The position numbers were made by a program, and so were the translations under genes. Shown piece after piece: positions 60,601 through 64,000 of a DNA stretch of 64,000 nt. The number at the start of each line of letters is the position of its first letter. The stretch's first letter is position 1. The stretch is taken from positions 5,818,308-5,882,307 of the forward strand of contig CM082592.2 in the NCBI GenBank assembly GCA_040954595.2. The letters run 5' to 3'. Below the pieces are notes generated by a model that was not told the DNA's origin, ran no database searches, and worked only from the letters and a program-made list of their open reading frames with translations. Source of the stretch: Balanoglossus misakiensis (Eukaryota; Animalia; Hemichordata).

Positions 60601-63600
60601 CTCATTCTGACAAAAGCTTTCTCTGGGTCGCAGACGCTAACGCACGCCCTGACCCGCCCGCACCTACGATGACCTGCCAGTCACGAATTCCGGTACATCC
60701 TTCCGTCACGATCCCCGCATGGGAATGGATCCTCCGAGGTCTCGTTGTCACCTCGCCGGTCGCAGAAGGAGGAAGTTGTGCCAGGTAGCTTTTTCCGACC
60801 GTCCTGCACGACTGAACAGAGCTTAGCCACCATGGGGAAACTGTGCAGTCCTCAGATAGTGTCTGTGCCAATGATTTGATCAATCGTGACAAACACGCAG
60901 TCAATATTCCAGGGTAAAATTAAAACACGCTCATTGAAATTAAACCTGTCTTCACTGTCTACATCCTCATTTTCCACTTATTTTCCACACAGGGTTTGCA
61001 GAAATACACCTCTGAACACCCAACCCCATTACCCATACCACTGCCCTCTCTGCCTGTCACCTCTGACCTCGACTGCCAAAGCGCACGTTAATGAGGGCAA
61101 TAAAATTATGACCTTTGACACAGCTGCCTTTAATCTGTTTACGTCAGATGCTGAATTTTGTAAATATAGTAACTGTACTCCAGATCAAAGCAGTCAATTT
61201 TGCTATTCATAGAGTACAATATTTATTGCAGAATGCTGAAATCTACAAACATCGCTCAATACACGCAGACCCCAAGCAGTTCCTCTGGGAATCTCTGCAA
61301 ATCTGTTCTGCTATAAAAGCACACATAAGTTCTACTCAATAATTAACAATCAGGGTTCTATTTCTATAAATTGTTATTGATCAAATTTTGAAGTTATTCC
61401 TGCTCTTTCCTGACAAGGACAGCACTCAAAGTTTTTTGTCAGTTTAAACGGCTGTACCTTAACAAAACTGAGATGATTATTGACGTTCCTACCCTACCTG
61501 TCAGCACACATTTACCGGTGACCCTGATGGTAATTATTGAGGTTTTTATTGATTACTTGAGAAGAATGCTTTCAAATCATGACTAAGCACTTGCATCATT
61601 GCAGCAGACACACGACCTGCGTCAGCATCATTTTGGCAACCTTGCGATTTTTCTCACAGCGGTCTGTCACAATACAGAGAGTTTTTAAGACAGCGATAAA
61701 CATGAGTACAGGGGCACTTGTTTCCAGGTTTTGAGACTCCCATGCAAATCATATATTATGTGCACTGTACATTGCCCAGGTCTCGATTTTCAAGCACTGC
61801 TGTTGTAGGGGATTTACGTTTCAATGCAGAGGTTTACCTTGCTGGACACTGATAAAAGACCCACTTCAAGTGTACAAAGCATATATTGTCCCGCCATCTC
61901 CTAGTGCATCTGTACAAAGCATGTGATTCACTGTATTTGGACGACACATCATTAACTCTTACACAGATATAACAGACAAAGAATAATCTTATAATGCGAC
62001 AAAAATATGCCATCTTCAGTTCCTCCTTCACAACTTATCATCACCTGCGGTGATAAGTTCTCTCCGTTTACCAAACAGTGATTCAGAGAAAACACATCCC
62101 ACCTCATCCAGGATTTCAACCCCCACAACTTGGAGTTTCCCGCAGCTTTCAACGAGGACTGACTGACCAGAAACCGTGCAGAGAGTGGTTTGCACACAAA
62201 AAAAACACAGACAAAATCAATTACCAGTATGACACTGTTCTGCTTCAAAACAGACTGCCTCCCTTGTCAAAACGTAAACCGATCAATATAAACCACGAGA
62301 ATTCGTGGAAGCAGGTAACAATCCACATTACATCTAGGGCCCTACAATAATATAAAAGCCAATCTTATCTACCACATCCTGTGATATCGACGGAAAATTA
62401 CTGCAGAACAGAATTCTCAACTGATTCTGTCTTATATAGTGTTACCTGTGGGTAATGACTGTGTTCTCTTTTTAACACAAAAACATTCCAGTTTCTGAGA
62501 AATTTAATCGAGTCAACTTACACAGAACAGGAAGCAATTTGAGGGGAGAAAGGGGGATGTACAGTTGCAAAGAGTGAGATTGTTTATCATTTTATTCAAT
62601 TCACAGAATTGTCCCAGGATTTCCATGTCGCTCGTTCTGTTTGTCAAAACAAGTCACCTCCCAATGAAAAACTCCTTCGATACCTTCGTGACGTAATCAT
62701 TACAGAGAAAGGTCCTTGAAAATGGGGGGATATGCACTCAAACAAACAATCACAACAAACAGTTATGTACCGTTTTAACTCCGGCTGCTGTTTCACACAG
62801 ATACAAAAATCAAGAATCATGGAGTTTGCTGAACAACAGGTCGCCTGTACCCACAACATCAGACAAATATAAACAAAAGCAAACTGTCAAGTGTCAGTCA
62901 CCTCAGATTTAGGACACAAGGCAGACAGTCTATCGGGATTTCAGGATATAAAGTCAACAGTGTGAAGCAAATGGCAGATCTCGTTCCCACTTTCTTCAGA
63001 CTTGGCGAACTAACCCCACTCAGAAGACATTTCTCAGATGCCTTTCAATCAGGCCATGTACAGTACACCTATACATGGAAACAGCCATATCTGCACATGT
63101 AGGCAGTGCTGCAGTATTTGTAACCGAACCACCACCACACGCAATTACACTGCTAGTCAGTTTCGGACGTGTCAACCCGAGGAGGAAAGAAATTCCTCTG
63201 TTGAAAGGAGAGACATAAATCCCAAAGTACACCACACCCTGAAAACATGGCCGCTGATGTCTGGCCTCACACGTGCCACCGACCCGTGCGCTGCTCAGTG
63301 CGGTTCTGGTCTCGTGACCCGACAACACATCCAGATTTCTCCTCCCTCTGGGCAAATTGCATGTACAATTATTATCCCAGCAATAAAACCCAGATACGGC
63401 TCAAGGCAACGCATGCAAGAGAAAATTTCTATCGAATATCCAGATCACACCAAGAGCAGTGTGAACATACAGTAATTGTTGTATACTGCAGTCGCAGTCG
63501 GATAATTTTATGATCACTCTGTAACCAAGATGGTTTATTCACCTTCCCGAAACTGACATGTTGTTCACAGAACCCCCATGCCCAGAAAAAAAACATCAAA

Positions 63601-64000
63601 ACTATACAAATCAAAAACTCCACATAAATTTTCTACATGCCGAATAAAATAAAACAAAAATTTGACCTTTAGCACGACATTCATACAAATTTAACTTGAG
63701 ATTATTTCTATTGGTCAATCTTGTCACAAATTATGGACGAAGGGTGGGAAAGATAGTTCAGTAGCCATAGTAACAGCAAAGAGTAGGTCAGGTCATCAGA
63801 TAACCATGAATTACTATTTGGTGCCTATATAATTTGTAGTGACATGATATAGTGAGAAAGGAAAGCAGTAATATGCAAAACTTGGTTGGCTAGACTATAT
63901 CCACTAAATATTTCTGGCAAAGTGCCAACATGTCCTGATTTTACACAATGTTATGGTTTACATGTATTATTGATAACAAACTATTTGATATGAATCATAC

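Noticed and set aside
60501-60904. Overlapping ORFs in a GC-rich patch
   Set aside because: No recognisable homology; unsupported as a nested gene.
63020-63513. ORFs of 145, 111 and 88 aa in ERK intron 1
   Set aside because: No recognisable domain, no splice chain, and not ERK exon 1 (no GEGAYG).

Overview
Eukaryotic (metazoan invertebrate) genomic DNA with spliceosomal introns; the ORF track is largely uninformative, so genes were assembled by hand from exon translations and splice sites. About 1-15.4 kb is a CpG-rich stretch with no recognisable gene that looks regulatory. It is followed by six genes in strictly alternating orientation: CFAP251/WDR66 (+, 20 exons), YDJC (-, 4), PIGS (+, 13), GDPD1/3 (-, 9), an unusual membrane-anchored CysJ-like diflavin (FMN/FAD/NADPH) reductase (+, 12), and ERK1/2 MAP kinase (-, first exon outside the window). 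Highlights: the orphan diflavin reductase, two U12-type introns and a 3'UTR intron in ERK, a GC-AG intron in GDPD, a near-perfect foldback MITE with a 9-bp TSD, and gene linkage matching the human 16p11.2/22q11/17q/12q24 paralogous regions. No CRISPR, rRNA or tRNA was seen. No databases were searched: gene names come from motif recognition, and comparisons with human genes are from memory and need checking.
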